A stretch of 64,000 nt of DNA, taken from contig JAWKZL010000004.1 in NCBI GenBank assembly GCA_041396025.1, positions 113,116-177,115 of the forward strand, in the 5' to 3' direction. Of the stretch, positions 1 to 9,264 are shown piece after piece. A program made the translations under genes and the position numbers. The stretch's first letter is position 1. Every line of letters begins with the position of its first letter. The notes under the pieces are model-generated. The model searched no databases, was not told where the DNA came from, and saw only the letters and a list, made by a program, of their open reading frames with translations. The stretch comes from Halioglobus sp. (lineage in GTDB: Bacteria; Pseudomonadota; Gammaproteobacteria; Pseudomonadales; Halieaceae).

Positions 1-1812
1 TTCCGGCACACCCTGCCCCGGTTTGTTGCGCCAGCGATCAACGCGGTTTGGCCCGGCGTTATAGGCGGTCAGGGCATACACCCGATTGCCGTCAAAGCGA
101 TCCAACAACTGACGGTAATATGCGCTGCCCAGAAGGACATTGTGTTCGACATCGAACAGGTCAGCACTCTTGTGCGCTTGCCCCAGAGATGCTGCTACCG
201 CCTTGCCGGTAGCGGGCATTATCTGCATCAGCCCTCGCGCACCAACGGGAGACTGCGCACCGGGAAAAAAAGCGCTTTCGCGTCGTGCGATAGCCATCAA
301 CTCGGTGTCGGGCACCTTCTGCGCTTTGGCGTACTGGACAAAAATAGTGTTGTAGGGCGTGGGAAAGCGCTGATCGAGCGCATCCCAGGCTTCTGCACGA
401 GTGGCGGCGTCAATCGCCATGCGATACCAACCCTTTTGCGATGCCAGCACCGTCAGATCCTGTTGCTGTGTGCGGTCGGTGGTATCCTGCAACAACTTGT
501 ACCACTCAGCGTGCGCGAGCATTTCCTCACCCTGGAATTTCAGTTCTTCAATGCGCAACACTGCTGGGATCTCAGCGACGGTCAGCGACCCTGACGGCAC
601 CAGTTTCTGATGATTGAATGAATAAGGTAGTCCCAACCTGTCTGCCGCGAGAAAGCCGTAGTAGTCGCGCTCACCTGCCAGCTGCTTGAACTGCGCTGTG
701 GCCGCCGTGGCATCGCCGCGTCGCGCTTTCACATCCGCTTCCCAGTAGCGCCACACATTGTCCTGCCGGGCAGATGCCGAAAGCAGCGGCAAGGTGCGCT
801 CCAGCGTATCCCAGTCCTGTTCACGCAGCGCCCAGCGCAGGCGGATACCCGTCAGCTTATCGTCTTGCAATCGCGCCAAAGTGTCATGCAGCCAGTCGCG
901 GTGGGCCTCGGTACGCGCAAACAGGCTCTGTAGCGCAATGGCATACTCGACCTGTTGGGTCTGCGGAGAACTGAACTGCAAGCGCCGTTGCAATTCACGC
1001 CATTGTAAGAGCGCGGTTTCCGGACTATAGGTGGCAAGGTACGCTAGCCCACGGCTGGCGATATCCGTCGAATACGGACTATTGACGGGCAGATTCTGCG
1101 TTGCCAGCGCACCGGGTTTGGCATACACGGCAAGCAGTTTGTCTGCCCAGGGCCTCAGTTGCGCGCTGCTTTTCCCGGCGACGAATTGCAGCAGAGACTG
1201 CTGGCGCGCGTCGAAGGCATTCAACAACCGGCGCCATACCAACTCGTCGGTAATACCGCCTGCCGCCTGCCAGGCATTGAATAGTGCGTCGCATTCATCC
1301 GGCTGTGATTTGCCCTGTACCCACAGGCGGGCGGCGCCTTGCCATGCTGAGTCCTCATTGCCTTGTGCCAATTGTGCCCGGAAGTAGAAGCACTTAAGTC
1401 CGGCGCTATTGGGTTCAGTGGGCATGGCCTTCAGAAATTCCTGCCAGCGTTGATCCTTACCCAGGCGGTTCAGGTAAACCGTAAGAAATCGATTTCGCAA
1501 GGGGCTATCCGCACTGCGACCTAGAAAATCCTGCGCTGCCGCTGGCGTTACTTCGTCCACCTGGCGTACGAGTTTAGCGTAGTCGAGATAGATGGCCAGC
1601 GGATAGTCGTCCAGCGTCGAACGCAAATTTTGATAGCGTGCCCACTGGTCGTGTTGGATTGCCTGTTCCGCCGCTGCATAGTCCCGGCGCTGGGTACCGA
1701 GATCCTGGGCACAAACCGCTATGGACACTGAACACAGCAGTGTTGCTGCCAACAGCGACACAAATTCTGGCAAATAGCCTTTGCGTGAATTCCGTCTGCT
1801 GTGGTACCGCAT
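1..1812 (-). CDS. slt: Soluble lytic murein transglycosylase (Slt70-type), runs off left edge
   Basis: Absent from the ORF track because there is no stop in the window. Manual translation from ATG 1812 gives MRYHSRRNSRKGYLPEFVSLLAATLLCSVSIAVCAQ...DDYPLAIYLDY. The C-terminal SLT motifs are AIARRESAF, SPVGARGLMQIMPATG and AYNAGP. The middle of the frame was not checked codon by codon. Confidence 0.9.
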   Translation of the reverse strand, partial: MRYHSRRNSRKGYLPEFVSLLAATLLCSVSIAVCAQDLGTQRRDYAAAEQAIQHDQWARYQNLRSTLDDYPLAIYLDYAKLVRQVDEVTPAAAQDFLGRSADSPLRNRFLTVYLNRLGKDQRWQEFLKAMPTEPNSAGLKCFYFRAQLAQGNEDSAWQGAARLWVQGKSQPDECDALFNAWQAAGGITDELVWRRLLNAFDARQQSLLQFVAGKSSAQLRPWADKLLAVYAKPGALATQNLPVNSPYSTDIASRGLAYLATYSPETALLQWRELQRRLQFSSPQTQQVEYAIALQSLFARTEAHRDWLHDTLARLQDDKLTGIRLRWALREQDWDTLERTLPLLSASARQDNVWRYWEADVKARRGDATAATAQFKQLAGERDYYGFLAADRLGLPYSFNHQKLVPSGSLTVAEIPAVLRIEELKFQGEEMLAHAEWYKLLQDTTDRTQQQDLTVLASQKGWYRMAIDAATRAEAWDALDQRFPTPYNTIFVQYAKAQKVPDTELMAIARRESAFFPGAQSPVGARGLMQIMPATGKAVAASLGQAHKSADLFDVEHNVLLGSAYYRQLLDRFDGNRVYALTAYNAGPNRVDRWRNKPGQGVPE

Positions 1813-1954
1813 TCACCCTTCCCTATTTCGCGCCTGGCATGTCAGCGTAATGTGCGCAACAACGACAATGGTGGCTAGAGTGATATGCGCACTGACTGAT
1901 TGCAATAGCAGCAATAGAATTTTCCGCAGTGGCCGTGTTACCAAACGTCTTTCG

Positions 1955-2515
1955 CTAGAACAACAACCCCAGCGTCGGCAACTGTATATTCGCGTAATCC
2001 AACACCACTTCACGGCGAGCTATGCGCCATTCAGGATCATTGGGTACCAGCGTATCGCGGCGCTGGCCGCTGTAGCTCACGTTGTCACAGCCGGGCCGAG
2101 CATAATACAAATGGAAGTTGCTGATTACTGACAGGGAATCGTGGCTACGCGCCATCAATTCGATATTACCGACGATGCGACGCGTGCGCGCCGGCGGGTG
2201 TTCAGACCAGGAATTGATTTTGTATGCGCGCTCTGCTCGAAGCATCAAGTGAATGTAGCTCTCCTCCCGGTGTGGACACCCCATGGAGTCCTCGCCCTCC
2301 AACTCGCGGTCGACGCTGGTCATACTCTCCTGTCCACGCTCACGGTTATCCACCTGTACATTGATTCGCGAAGGCATGATATAGCGTACGTCTTCAGTGA
2401 GCAGTTTCAACCATTGCAGGTATTGCCGTTCGTCCAGCAAGCGCGCCTCAAAGAAATAGAACCGCTCCAGCGCGCGCTGTTCGTCAGCGCTGACTGTCAA
2501 GGACTGCGTACTCAC
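1955..2515 (-). CDS. Aromatic ring-hydroxylating dioxygenase beta subunit
   Basis: FYFFEARLLDERQYLQWLKLL, WSEHPPARTRRIVGN, SGQRRDTL...WRIARREV; 4-bp overlap with the alpha subunit gene. Confidence 0.93.
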   Translation of the reverse strand: MSTQSLTVSADEQRALERFYFFEARLLDERQYLQWLKLLTEDVRYIMPSRINVQVDNRERGQESMTSVDRELEGEDSMGCPHREESYIHLMLRAERAYKINSWSEHPPARTRRIVGNIELMARSHDSLSVISNFHLYYARPGCDNVSYSGQRRDTLVPNDPEWRIARREVVLDYANIQLPTLGLLF

Positions 2516-3798
2516 AATGATTTCTCCACAGCTTGCAATTCATCTCGCCAACGCGCAAAAAAATGCCTCGCGTAAAACTCATTGGCAGTCACGCTTACCA
2601 GCCCCGGCATATCCGGATGCGGCTTTTCCTCACCGAGCCCGAGGCCGTAGAAATAAGGCCGATCGTCGGCGAAATCGATATTGCTTCCCAGGAATTGCTG
2701 GCTCCATACCTCCGAGTCTTCCTGCTCCAGAATTCCTGCCGGGCCAAAGAATGAGCTGTAGTTGGTGCGCAGAACCTTCTTGACGGTATCCGGTGCATCG
2801 GCAGGCACCACCGCCCAGGACCAGTACTCCACTTTGCCCGGTCCACGTGGGTGTGACACCTTGAAAGACGTGTTAGACCATAGGAACGACAGGTTCGGGT
2901 AGATACCGTACGTCAGCCCCTTCATTCGCGCACGCAGGTCGCCTACTCGCTGCGCTGCCTGTGCCTGAACATCGCGCAGATACGCCTGCACTTCGGCACC
3001 ACCGAAAATGGCACCCAGCCCCTCCATGCCCCACGCCACCTCATCCACCGGAGCGTCTGTTGGCATCAGCCGAAATGTGGCGCCGTGGCCGGGCGTGGTC
3101 ACCACGCTGAAGCCCAGTTTTTCAATTGTCTCCTGGGCCTCCCGCGGAATGATCGCGCTGTGCAGGAACGCCCCGTGGTTCACATCCCCTAGTTGGTTTT
3201 CCATCGGTAGTTTCCAATTGGCGTTGATCATCCAGCGGTGCGGCGCGCCCATGAACTCGATACCTCCCGGAAAGCGATCCATGAATGCGTCCAGGTAAAA
3301 GCGCATGTCACCCAGGTACTCTTGTAACGGGATAATCTGCGCATCGAAACTACCGAAAATCAATCCGCGCCAGGATTCAACACGCGGCACGCGCTTGAGG
3401 CCGAGCTGCCGCTTGTCGGGCTTGTTGCAGACCTCACTCTCTTGCGGGATCGTGACCAGTTCCCCCTCAACCGTGTAAGACCAGTTGTGATAGGGACACA
3501 CGAAGCGTTTGGTATTGCCGTGATCAGAGCGACACACCGGCAGGCCGCGATGGGTACAACTGTTGATATTGGCGTAGATGCCGCCGTCTTGCCCACGAGA
3601 GAGAATGATGGGTGTTTCACACATGTAGGCCTGCACGAAATCACCCGGCTGACTGATCTGCGATTCATGCCCCAGGAACAGCCAGGATTTGCCAAAAATT
3701 CCCTGCTTTTCCAATGCGTAAACGCCGGCATCCGACCAGCATCGTCGACTGATCAATGACGCATCCGCATTCACCAGGTCTGCAACTCGCACCATCAC
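2512..3798 (-). CDS. Rieske ring-hydroxylating dioxygenase alpha subunit (HcaE/BphA-like)
   Basis: Rieske motif NSCTHRG...CPYHNW; mononuclear Fe region NWKLPMENQLGDVNHGAFLH; distal EQEDSEVW. Confidence 0.95.
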   Translation of the reverse strand: MMVRVADLVNADASLISRRCWSDAGVYALEKQGIFGKSWLFLGHESQISQPGDFVQAYMCETPIILSRGQDGGIYANINSCTHRGLPVCRSDHGNTKRFVCPYHNWSYTVEGELVTIPQESEVCNKPDKRQLGLKRVPRVESWRGLIFGSFDAQIIPLQEYLGDMRFYLDAFMDRFPGGIEFMGAPHRWMINANWKLPMENQLGDVNHGAFLHSAIIPREAQETIEKLGFSVVTTPGHGATFRLMPTDAPVDEVAWGMEGLGAIFGGAEVQAYLRDVQAQAAQRVGDLRARMKGLTYGIYPNLSFLWSNTSFKVSHPRGPGKVEYWSWAVVPADAPDTVKKVLRTNYSSFFGPAGILEQEDSEVWSQQFLGSNIDFADDRPYFYGLGLGEEKPHPDMPGLVSVTANEFYARHFFARWRDELQAVEKSL

Positions 3799-3915
3799 TG
3801 CCCCACCGATATATGATCACTTGTTAATATTTATTGAGTATAAACGCGTTTCAATCGAAAAAAGAAGCCTCTTATGGTAGGTTTCGGCTAATGTTTAGCA
3901 ATCAGATGATCATTT

Positions 3916-4563
3916 ATGACAGAGAATACGAGTGGTATACCCAGGCTGACCAAGGGAGAACGCACCTCCCAGCGGATTCTGGATGCCGCCGAGGATCTGT
4001 TCGCACAACAGGGTTATGACGGCACCAGTCTGCGCCAGATCGCTGAGCGCTCTGGCATCAGGGAGCCCGGTTTGTACAACCATTTTGCGGGTAAGCAAGC
4101 CTTGTACGAAGCGGTCCTGTTTCGCGCGCTGAATCCGATGGCAGAAGCGTTGTCACAACACATGGAGCGCGCGACAAGCCTGAGGGAGTATACGGACCTG
4201 CCGGCAATTATCACTGATCTGTTGTTGGCACACCCACAAATGGCGTCATTGTTCCAACGCGCCATGCAGGGCGACAGCGCATCGGTAGGCAATCAACTGG
4301 TCTACACATGGCTGGAGAAATTATTTAACCAGGGCATGGAAAACCTGGAGATGTTTGGTGGACTGGGAACAGAAAACATCACTGAAGAGAATCGGGCGTC
4401 ACTGGCACTGAACCTGATCGCCATGTTCAATCTCACGACAGGCTACTTCCTGTCGCAACGCGCCTTCGCCTCCCTCGCGGAAGGCGATTTGCTGGCGCCT
4501 GAAAATATTGCGCGGCAAAAACGGCTGTTGCACAAGGTCATCCGCGCAATGTTAATCAGCTAG
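3916..4563 (+). CDS. TetR/AcrR family regulator, divergent from the dioxygenase
   Basis: RILDAAEDLFAQQGYDGTSLRQIAERSGIREPGLYNHF HTH. Confidence 0.93.
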   Translation: MTENTSGIPRLTKGERTSQRILDAAEDLFAQQGYDGTSLRQIAERSGIREPGLYNHFAGKQALYEAVLFRALNPMAEALSQHMERATSLREYTDLPAIITDLLLAHPQMASLFQRAMQGDSASVGNQLVYTWLEKLFNQGMENLEMFGGLGTENITEENRASLALNLIAMFNLTTGYFLSQRAFASLAEGDLLAPENIARQKRLLHKVIRAMLIS

Positions 4564-4982
4564 TCGATCTCGATCCGACGTCGCTCCGGCACCTTCTCCG
4601 CCATTTTAGGCGCTTCCAGTGTCAGCACACCATCCTTGAATGCCGCCTTGATGTCGGACTCCTGTACATCCGCTCCGAGGTTAAAGCTGCGCATGAATTT
4701 GCCGTAGCGTCGTTCCTGGCGAATCACCTTGCCCTTTACCTTCTCCTGATCTTCACTGGTGCTTTCCGCCTCCAGCGTCAAAATGCCGTCCTTGACGTGC
4801 ACGTGAATATCCTTTTTGTCTACGCCGGGCAGTTCCGCCGTAATCTCGTAGTGTTCACCAACGTCCTTAATGTCAACCCGGGGTGCGAGAAACGTACCGG
4901 TCTGTGACTCGGATAACTGCGGCCATGAATCGTTAAAAAAACGATCTATATCGAACAAATTGTTGCGTGGTATTAAAGACAT
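4560..4982 (-). CDS. Hsp20/alpha-crystallin small heat-shock protein
   Basis: PRVDIKD...ELPGVDKKDI...ERRYGKFMRSF...AAFKDGVLTL; C-terminal IEI motif. Confidence 0.95.
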   Translation of the reverse strand: MSLIPRNNLFDIDRFFNDSWPQLSESQTGTFLAPRVDIKDVGEHYEITAELPGVDKKDIHVHVKDGILTLEAESTSEDQEKVKGKVIRQERRYGKFMRSFNLGADVQESDIKAAFKDGVLTLEAPKMAEKVPERRRIEID

Positions 4983-5028
4983 AATTCATCTCCTTCATTT
5001 GATAGGCATCACTGCCTTTGAGGTTATG

Positions 5029-5056
5029 AATTGGGTTTCTGGCACAGATTTTCAAG
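5029..5056 (-). promoter_or_regulatory. Putative sigma32 (RpoH) promoter of hsp20
   Basis: Minus strand reads CTTGAAA-N14-CCCAATT about 47 bp upstream of the start, close to the consensus CTTGAAA...CCCCATNT. Confidence 0.7.
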
Positions 5057-5284
5057 GTGGCGCTATGGGTGAAAAATCAACAGGCTTGATACAGATCAAA
5101 CTATGCAGTTGCAATAGCAACGAATGCCGACCGCAATGCGATACTGCAAAAGGATGATTGCCAAGTTAGATGGGTCACCGTTTGTCTTTGCGTGAGTCTG
5201 GATACTGGCCCACGCTTACGATAAGCATTATTCTGCGAACCACAGGCGCTAGCGCATAGTGTCCAAAATAAAAAGGTCGCCATC

Positions 5285-6793
5285 ATGACAGAACACCACA
5301 ACCCTAGTGCCACAGGCTCGATCCAACCCTGGGCTCAAGCTGGTCGCCAACCACGGATTGCCATAATCGGCGCAGGTATGTCCGGCATTGCCGCCGTGGT
5401 GAAATTGCAGAAGGCGGGCTACAGCGACATCACCGTCTATGAAAAGACCGACAAAGTCGGCGGCACCTGGCGCGAGAACACCTACCCCGGCTTGTCCTGC
5501 GATGTTCCATCGCGCTGGTACTCGTTCAGCTTCGCACTTAAAGCCGACTGGCCGCATCGCTACTCTTACGGTGCCGATATACAGGCTTACATGGAATCTG
5601 TCGCGCGTGACTTCGGTGTCAACGAAAAAGTGACATTCAACACCGCCGTAACCGATCTGGTGTACGAGCCGCCTTGCTGGCGCCTGACGACTTCAAGTGG
5701 CGAACAGGCGCTGTTTGATATCGTCATCTCCGCCACTGGCATCCTGCACCAACCGGTCTACCCCGATATTGAAGGACTCGAGAATTTTGCTGGCGCTGCT
5801 TTCCATTCTGCACGCTGGGATCACTCCATTGAGCTGGACGGCAAACGTGTAGGCATCATCGGCACCGGCTCAACAGCGTGCCAGATCGTCGGCGCGATCA
5901 CCGATCGGGTTTCAGAGATGCATGTGTTTCAACGCACGCCTCACTGGATATCACCCTTGCCACAGAAGGCCTACTCCGCCGCGTGGAATAGTTTCCTGGC
6001 CCGCTTTCCCATAATGCAGCGCGTGATCTACAACTACTATTATCAACTGTTAGTGCGCACATTCAGCGCCGCCACTGTCGGCAATAAACTTATGCAACGC
6101 TGGATGGACAGCATCTGTCGTAAACACCTTGAAGATACGGTACCCGACCCCGAGTTACGGGCCAAGCTTACGCCCGACTACCAGGCCACTTGCAAACGGA
6201 TGATTTTCTGCTCCGACTACTACCCGGCGCTGTGTCGCCCACATACACAGCTGGTAACTGCGGGCATTAAAAAGGTGGAACCGGAAGGCGTGCTTACAGC
6301 GGATGGCGTCCTACACAAATTGGACGTGCTGGTGCTAGCGACCGGCTTCAATGCCGCAGCCTTCATTTTGCCAACGCGCGTCACCGGAGAAAACGGCCTG
6401 GACCTGGAACACGTATGGGACGGTGCACCGCGAGCCCATCGCGCGGTCGCCATCCCAGGTTTTCCCAACTTCTGGATGCTGGAAGGCCCGACCGGACCCG
6501 TAGGTAACCTGTCGCTTATTGCAATTTCCGAACACCAGGTGGATTACATTATCAGTATGCTCGAGCGCATGAAGGCTGACGGCCTATCCTCCATCGCAGT
6601 AAAGCAATCTGCCTACGACGCATACAACGGCGCAATGAGTGAGGCGATAAAAACCACGACCTGGGCAACCGGTGGCTGTAAGAGTTGGTACATCGACAAG
6701 ACCGGCGTCCCGAACCTTTATCCATGGTTTCCGGTGCGTTACCTGAAGGAAATGCATAACCCCGTGTACTCCGAGTACCAGTTGAGTAAATAG
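5285..6793 (+). CDS. Baeyer-Villiger-type flavin monooxygenase
   Basis: GAGMSG, GGTWRENTYPGLSCDVPS, FAGAAFHSARWDH fingerprint, GTGSTA, ATGF. Confidence 0.93.
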   Translation: MTEHHNPSATGSIQPWAQAGRQPRIAIIGAGMSGIAAVVKLQKAGYSDITVYEKTDKVGGTWRENTYPGLSCDVPSRWYSFSFALKADWPHRYSYGADIQAYMESVARDFGVNEKVTFNTAVTDLVYEPPCWRLTTSSGEQALFDIVISATGILHQPVYPDIEGLENFAGAAFHSARWDHSIELDGKRVGIIGTGSTACQIVGAITDRVSEMHVFQRTPHWISPLPQKAYSAAWNSFLARFPIMQRVIYNYYYQLLVRTFSAATVGNKLMQRWMDSICRKHLEDTVPDPELRAKLTPDYQATCKRMIFCSDYYPALCRPHTQLVTAGIKKVEPEGVLTADGVLHKLDVLVLATGFNAAAFILPTRVTGENGLDLEHVWDGAPRAHRAVAIPGFPNFWMLEGPTGPVGNLSLIAISEHQVDYIISMLERMKADGLSSIAVKQSAYDAYNGAMSEAIKTTTWATGGCKSWYIDKTGVPNLYPWFPVRYLKEMHNPVYSEYQLSK

Positions 6794-6843
6794 CGGCTTG
6801 CCAATCAGTGGTCGAAGCGGAATAATTCGCAGCTCCAACTTTG

Positions 6844-6920
6844 CCGCCCTTAGCTCAGCTGGATAGAGCGTCCCCCTCCTAAGGGGAAGGTCTCAGGTTC
6901 AAATCCTGAAGGGCGGACCA
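6844..6920 (+). tRNA. tRNA-Arg (anticodon CCT)
   Basis: Acceptor CCGCCCT/AGGGCGG, D-arm GCTC..GAGC, anticodon arm TCCCC-CTCCTAA-GGGGA, T-loop TTCAAAT, encoded CCA. Confidence 0.97.
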
Positions 6921-6994
6921 TCACACCGCTATTTTGCCTGACTTTATTTATCCGCTTGGATAAAAGCGTACTCGTCGATAACATCCGGCGTGGA

Positions 6995-8545
6995 TCACGC
7001 CGCTTTGGATCTACCTGTTTTCGGCCTGCCCGTTTTGGACTTAACCGCTTTACGACTTGTTGGTATCTTTTTCGTCTTTCTCTTCCGTGCAACGTGGCGC
7101 ATTTCATCTTCACCGTATTGCTCGAGAATTTTGTCCAGCGCCAGTCCTATTTTACTGCTGAGTCTGATGCGCTCCAGGTGCGGCCAGGTAGCGAGCTCCC
7201 CATAGCGCTCCATTTCCATGAGTTCCAGATCAGACACATGACTCAATATTTTGCGCAGATCGAACTTGCGAAAATCCGCATAGATGTTGATGTCGGCTTT
7301 GTACTTCTGGCTGAGTAGTGAGTTGAACATATTGATCACCAGGCTGACGCGCGGCCAATCCTGCGTATAGTTCTTACTCACGATTTTTGCCAACTTTGCC
7401 AGACTGGTGGCGCCATGATGGAGAAAAACGCGCAATGCCTTGGGTATCGGAGTCTGATCGTCGTCGATGTCCTTGCCTACCAGAGCAATTGGGTTGATCA
7501 AGCTCGCAATATAAAAATTTACACTGTAAAGCCGGGCGAGGCGTTTCGCAGGCAGGTCATCCGTCACAGATCCGTCGACCCAGCGTCTGGTTGGTAAATA
7601 GGGTTGGTGCTCACCGTGTATATTTTTTGCCTGCAGCATCACCGGAGGATATATGCCAGGCACTGCACACGAGGCCATAACAGCAGTGCGTATATACACA
7701 TTGGGGGATGCTATGGCGTTGAGTAATCGAGAGGTCTGGTGCAAATCGGCGGGGGCAACCGAAATATTGATGTGTCGACCGGTAAGTTCGAGCGCTTCCT
7801 GAAAGGTCAGGTCTGGCACCAGTCGCTCCACCATTTGCTCAAGATCGCGAACATTGATCTGCGAGCGCTCTCCAAGCAGTAGTTTATTAATCCACTTGGC
7901 TTCCTTTTTCGCCTCTGTTACCAGAGTTTCGTGATGGTTTGATGCTTCGAGTTCCTCATCAGTATGAGTGCCGATCACTGCTGTCACTAGAGATCCCGCG
8001 CTGGAACCCGATATCACATTGGGCAGCAAATTGTTCTCAATCAGGGCTTTTACCACACCGATATGAAAGTGACCCCAGGCACCACCCCCGCTTAACATCA
8101 ACGCGGTGCGGCCATAGGAAAGTTTGGCGCGATGAAAAAAGTCCAGTTTTTCCTCGCGACTGATTACGCTCTCATCCAGTTGTGCGAGATGTTCGAGTGC
8201 ATCCACGATCTCATTTACATACTCTTCAATCAGTCGCTTGGTGCCAAATTTGGCTGGTCGATACAGAGGAGACTTGCCCATGCCGCCCACATTGCCGTGG
8301 ATACCCTCATTCAAGGCAAACATCAGGGCGTGATCATCCTGTCGCGCGCGGTGCCGGCGCAGTTCATCCAGACGAAGCCGAATTTGCGAGAAATCGTAGA
8401 GCTTGGTTTGGTCCACCCGCTTCCAACGTTCGGCACCCGAAAGCTCATCATGAGCGCGGGCCGCTTCGCACCACTCACCATACGTTTCAGCGCTGGCCAT
8501 GCGTTGCTCCAGCTTTTCCATCGTCCTGGATGTCTTAAAGATCAT
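6995..8545 (-). CDS. DUF3336 + patatin domain triacylglycerol lipase (Tgl3/4/5-like)
   Basis: LSGGGAWG oxyanion loop, GSSAGS nucleophile, WVDGS catalytic Asp, N-terminal DUF3336-like helices, K/R-rich tail. Confidence 0.9.
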   Translation of the reverse strand: MIFKTSRTMEKLEQRMASAETYGEWCEAARAHDELSGAERWKRVDQTKLYDFSQIRLRLDELRRHRARQDDHALMFALNEGIHGNVGGMGKSPLYRPAKFGTKRLIEEYVNEIVDALEHLAQLDESVISREEKLDFFHRAKLSYGRTALMLSGGGAWGHFHIGVVKALIENNLLPNVISGSSAGSLVTAVIGTHTDEELEASNHHETLVTEAKKEAKWINKLLLGERSQINVRDLEQMVERLVPDLTFQEALELTGRHINISVAPADLHQTSRLLNAIASPNVYIRTAVMASCAVPGIYPPVMLQAKNIHGEHQPYLPTRRWVDGSVTDDLPAKRLARLYSVNFYIASLINPIALVGKDIDDDQTPIPKALRVFLHHGATSLAKLAKIVSKNYTQDWPRVSLVINMFNSLLSQKYKADINIYADFRKFDLRKILSHVSDLELMEMERYGELATWPHLERIRLSSKIGLALDKILEQYGEDEMRHVARKRKTKKIPTSRKAVKSKTGRPKTGRSKAA

Positions 8546-8575
8546 TCCTGACTCCTTCTCACGCTCAACGACATT

Positions 8576-8999
8576 TTACACGCGGACCGATTTCACAGGA
8601 TTCCAGTCGGCTGCTTTGCTGCTACCGGCGAAATCAATCTGCCATAACCCGAGGTGAATATGCAAAAGCTGAGCGCGCAGTAAATTTAACTGTTCTTTGA
8701 CCGCGGCTGTTGGAGCAGATCGTCAGCTATATCGGCAACCTGGTGATTAATATCATGAATGAGCTTATAGATCGCGCCAATGGAGAGGTCCTGAATTCTT
8801 TTTACGCCATCGGCAGTATCTTCCAGGCCAAGCCTTTCCAGCACTGTGACCGGAAGATCCAAAACAGCGCGATTTATACCCTCGCTGTATCGGCACCTTG
8901 ATCAATTATTTCCTCGATCAAGCGTGTCAACTTCTGCTCGTCGTTTACTTTATGTGTTTTGTGCGGCTTTTTGGTAGTGGTTGTTTTTCGCTGCGACAT
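8576..8999 (-). pseudogene. Frameshifted small helical hypothetical protein directly upstream of the lipase
   Basis: MSQRKTTTTKKPHKTHKVNDEQKLTRLIEEIIDQGADTA stops at 8874. The shifted frame continues GINRAVLDLPVTVLERLGLEDTADGVKRIQDLSIGAIYKLIHDINHQVADIADDLL to TAA at 8576. Confidence 0.6.
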
Positions 9000-9264
9000 A
9001 CGATGCCCCTTACCGTGTTACTGTGGTTCTTCACTGACTATTCGACAGGAGTCGAACCATAGTGCCATGATGCAGAACAAGAACTCTCCAGAAATAAGAG
9101 CTTATGGCCACTGCCCACTGGACGACGCATCGTTCACATCTCGAGGGGCAGAACCATTCAATAATGTGTCTGCCCCTTCTCTGGTACGGTCCGGGTTAGG
9201 GCCGGTTATCTATCCTCAGGCGGACAGCCTGCCCCTGAAAAGGAAACAACGACCTTCCGCCCGC

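Noticed and set aside
4983-5025. ROSE-type RNA thermometer in the hsp20 leader
   Set aside because: A short AGGCA/TGCCT hairpin exists but does not sequester the SD, and the U(U/C)GCU motif is absent.
6850-7113. 87-aa ORF overlapping the tRNA
   Set aside because: Antisense translation of the tRNA and an alternative frame of the lipase tail.
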